From NCBI GenBank assembly GCA_965215005.1, contig CBDCCZ010000045.1:1-27631 (forward strand): DNA of 27,631 bases, written 5' to 3'. This DNA is from Kofleriaceae bacterium (GTDB lineage Bacteria; Myxococcota_A; Polyangia; Haliangiales; Haliangiaceae). Below are positions 26,223-27,631 of this stretch, one piece after another. A model generated the notes under the pieces. It made no database searches. It saw nothing but the letters and a program-made list of their open reading frames with translations, and had not been told where the DNA came from. The translations under genes were made by a program, and so were the position numbers. Numbering within the stretch: position 1 is the first letter of the stretch; each line of letters begins with the position of its first letter.

Positions 26223-27631
26223 ATGGAAACCGCAGCCATCGGTCAACGCCTGCGCCAGCTTCGGCTGCAGCAGAAGGTCAGCCAAGCCGACCTGGCGCGC
26301 CAGCTCGACATCTCCGCGGCGTACTTGAATCTCCTCGAGAAGGGCCGTCGCAACATGCAGTTTCCGCTGCTCTTGCGGGCGCTGGAGATGCTCGGGGTCG
26401 AGCTCGAGAGCTTCATGGCCTCGGTTGGCGAGCGCCATCCCGATGACGTTTTGGCCCATCTCCTGGATGACCCCCTGGCCAAGACCCTCGAGCTAAATGA
26501 TTCCGACCTCGCGCGGCTCCGCGCCGAGCCGCGGATGGCCACCACCATTTCGGCGCTGTTTCACCTCTACAAGAACACCCGCGCCCAGCTCGACACCGCG
26601 CTATCCAAGCTCGAAGACGGCGCGCCACCGCCCATCGGCTATGCCCCCGGCGATGAAGTCACCGATTTTCTCCAGGCCCACGATAACTACTTTCCCGAGC
26701 TCGAGGAACGCGCGAGCGCGTTGCGTGCCCGGGCCCAGCTGCCGCAGCGGTTCGTAGCCGAGCAGCTCATCGAGCTCCTGGGCGAGCTCGATATCGACGT
26801 CCGCGTCGCCTCCCTGAGCGAGAGCAACTCACTGGTGCGCGATTTCGATCCAGCCGCTCGGCGACTGGTGATCTCGCCGAGCCTCTCGGAGCACGCGCTG
26901 AAGTTTCAGCTGGGCCACGTGATTGGCCTCGACATGCTCGACGAGACCCGGCTGCACGAGCGCCTCATCGGCGAGCTGCGTCCGCGCCACCCAGAGACCG
27001 CGCGGCTCATCAAGATCCACCTCGCCAATTACTTTGCTGGCGCGCTGCTACTTCCTTACGGCGAGTTCTTCGACGCAGTTCAGCGTACCCGCTATGACGT
27101 CGAGCGAATCGCCAGCACCTTTGCCTCTAGCTACGAGACGGTAGCTCACCGGATGTGCAACTTGTCCGATCCTGATCGGCCAGGGGTGCCGCTGCATTTC
27201 TTGCGTGTGGATGTCGCAGGCAACATCTCCAAGCGCTATTCGGGTAGTGGCCTGCGGTTCCCGCAAAGCCACGGCTCGTGTCCTAAGTGGGCCGTGCATG
27301 TCGCGTTTCTCACGCCAGCGATCATCACCAAGCAATATTCGACCCTGCCGGATGGCTCGAGCTTCTTTTGCTTTGCCAAGGTGATCTCTGAGCCGGCGGC
27401 AGGCTCGGTGGTGCGTGGCACGAGCTATGCCATTGGCCTGGGGACCCGCGCCGAGAACGCTCACCAGCTCGTGTATGCTGATGAGCTGCCCGCGCGCGAC
27501 ATCTCGCGCGCCTCCGTGCCCGTTGGGGTGACCTGCCGCTACTGCGAGCGCACCGACTGCAATCAACGGGCAGCACCAAGCTACAAGTTTGCGTTTGCGG
27601 TGGACGAGTATCTAAAGAAGGACAACTTCTT
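26223..27631 (+). CDS. Short-chain fatty acyl-CoA regulator (ScfR; PrpR/PccR/RamB family); runs off the window edge
   Basis: Not in the ORF track because no stop lies in the window. Manual translation: XRE HTH (IGQRLRQLR..SQADLARQLDISAAYLNLLEKGRR), NYFPELE, LANYFAGALLLPY, RVDVAGNISKR, GSCPKW, CRYCERTDCNQRA. Confidence 0.93.
   Translation, partial: METAAIGQRLRQLRLQQKVSQADLARQLDISAAYLNLLEKGRRNMQFPLLLRALEMLGVELESFMASVGERHPDDVLAHLLDDPLAKTLELNDSDLARLRAEPRMATTISALFHLYKNTRAQLDTALSKLEDGAPPPIGYAPGDEVTDFLQAHDNYFPELEERASALRARAQLPQRFVAEQLIELLGELDIDVRVASLSESNSLVRDFDPAARRLVISPSLSEHALKFQLGHVIGLDMLDETRLHERLIGELRPRHPETARLIKIHLANYFAGALLLPYGEFFDAVQRTRYDVERIASTFASSYETVAHRMCNLSDPDRPGVPLHFLRVDVAGNISKRYSGSGLRFPQSHGSCPKWAVHVAFLTPAIITKQYSTLPDGSSFFCFAKVISEPAAGSVVRGTSYAIGLGTRAENAHQLVYADELPARDISRASVPVGVTCRYCERTDCNQRAAPSYKFAFAVDEYLKKDNF

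Overview
High-GC bacterial chromosomal window. Gene content (PEGA-domain Ser/Thr kinase, TPR-PEGA partner, stand-alone MshEN protein, several Cys/Gly-rich lipoproteins) suggests Myxococcota; this is an inference. It is mostly core genes: the start of the dcw cluster (rsmH-ftsL-ftsI, running off the left edge), argH, ahcY, arfB, metK, hisD, an L,D-transpeptidase, an acyl-CoA synthetase, mce, and a divergent ScfR/PrpR/RamB-family regulator that runs off the right edge and is missing from the ORF track. No rRNA, tRNA, CRISPR array, transposase or integrase was recognised. Most notable: (1) a Fic-fold protein lacking the catalytic His, placed head-to-head with the dcw operon where mraZ usually lies, followed by an orphan half of a GNAT toxin; (2) a kinase coupled to a secreted TPR-PEGA protein with a glycine-zipper C-terminus; (3) an ATPase-less MshEN protein divergent from an L,D-transpeptidase; (4) a structured mce/ScfR control region; (5) repeated signs of leaderless translation. 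Three single-base insertions in ftsI look like sequencing errors. I cannot establish a novel system from sequence alone; candidates are ranked in the findings.
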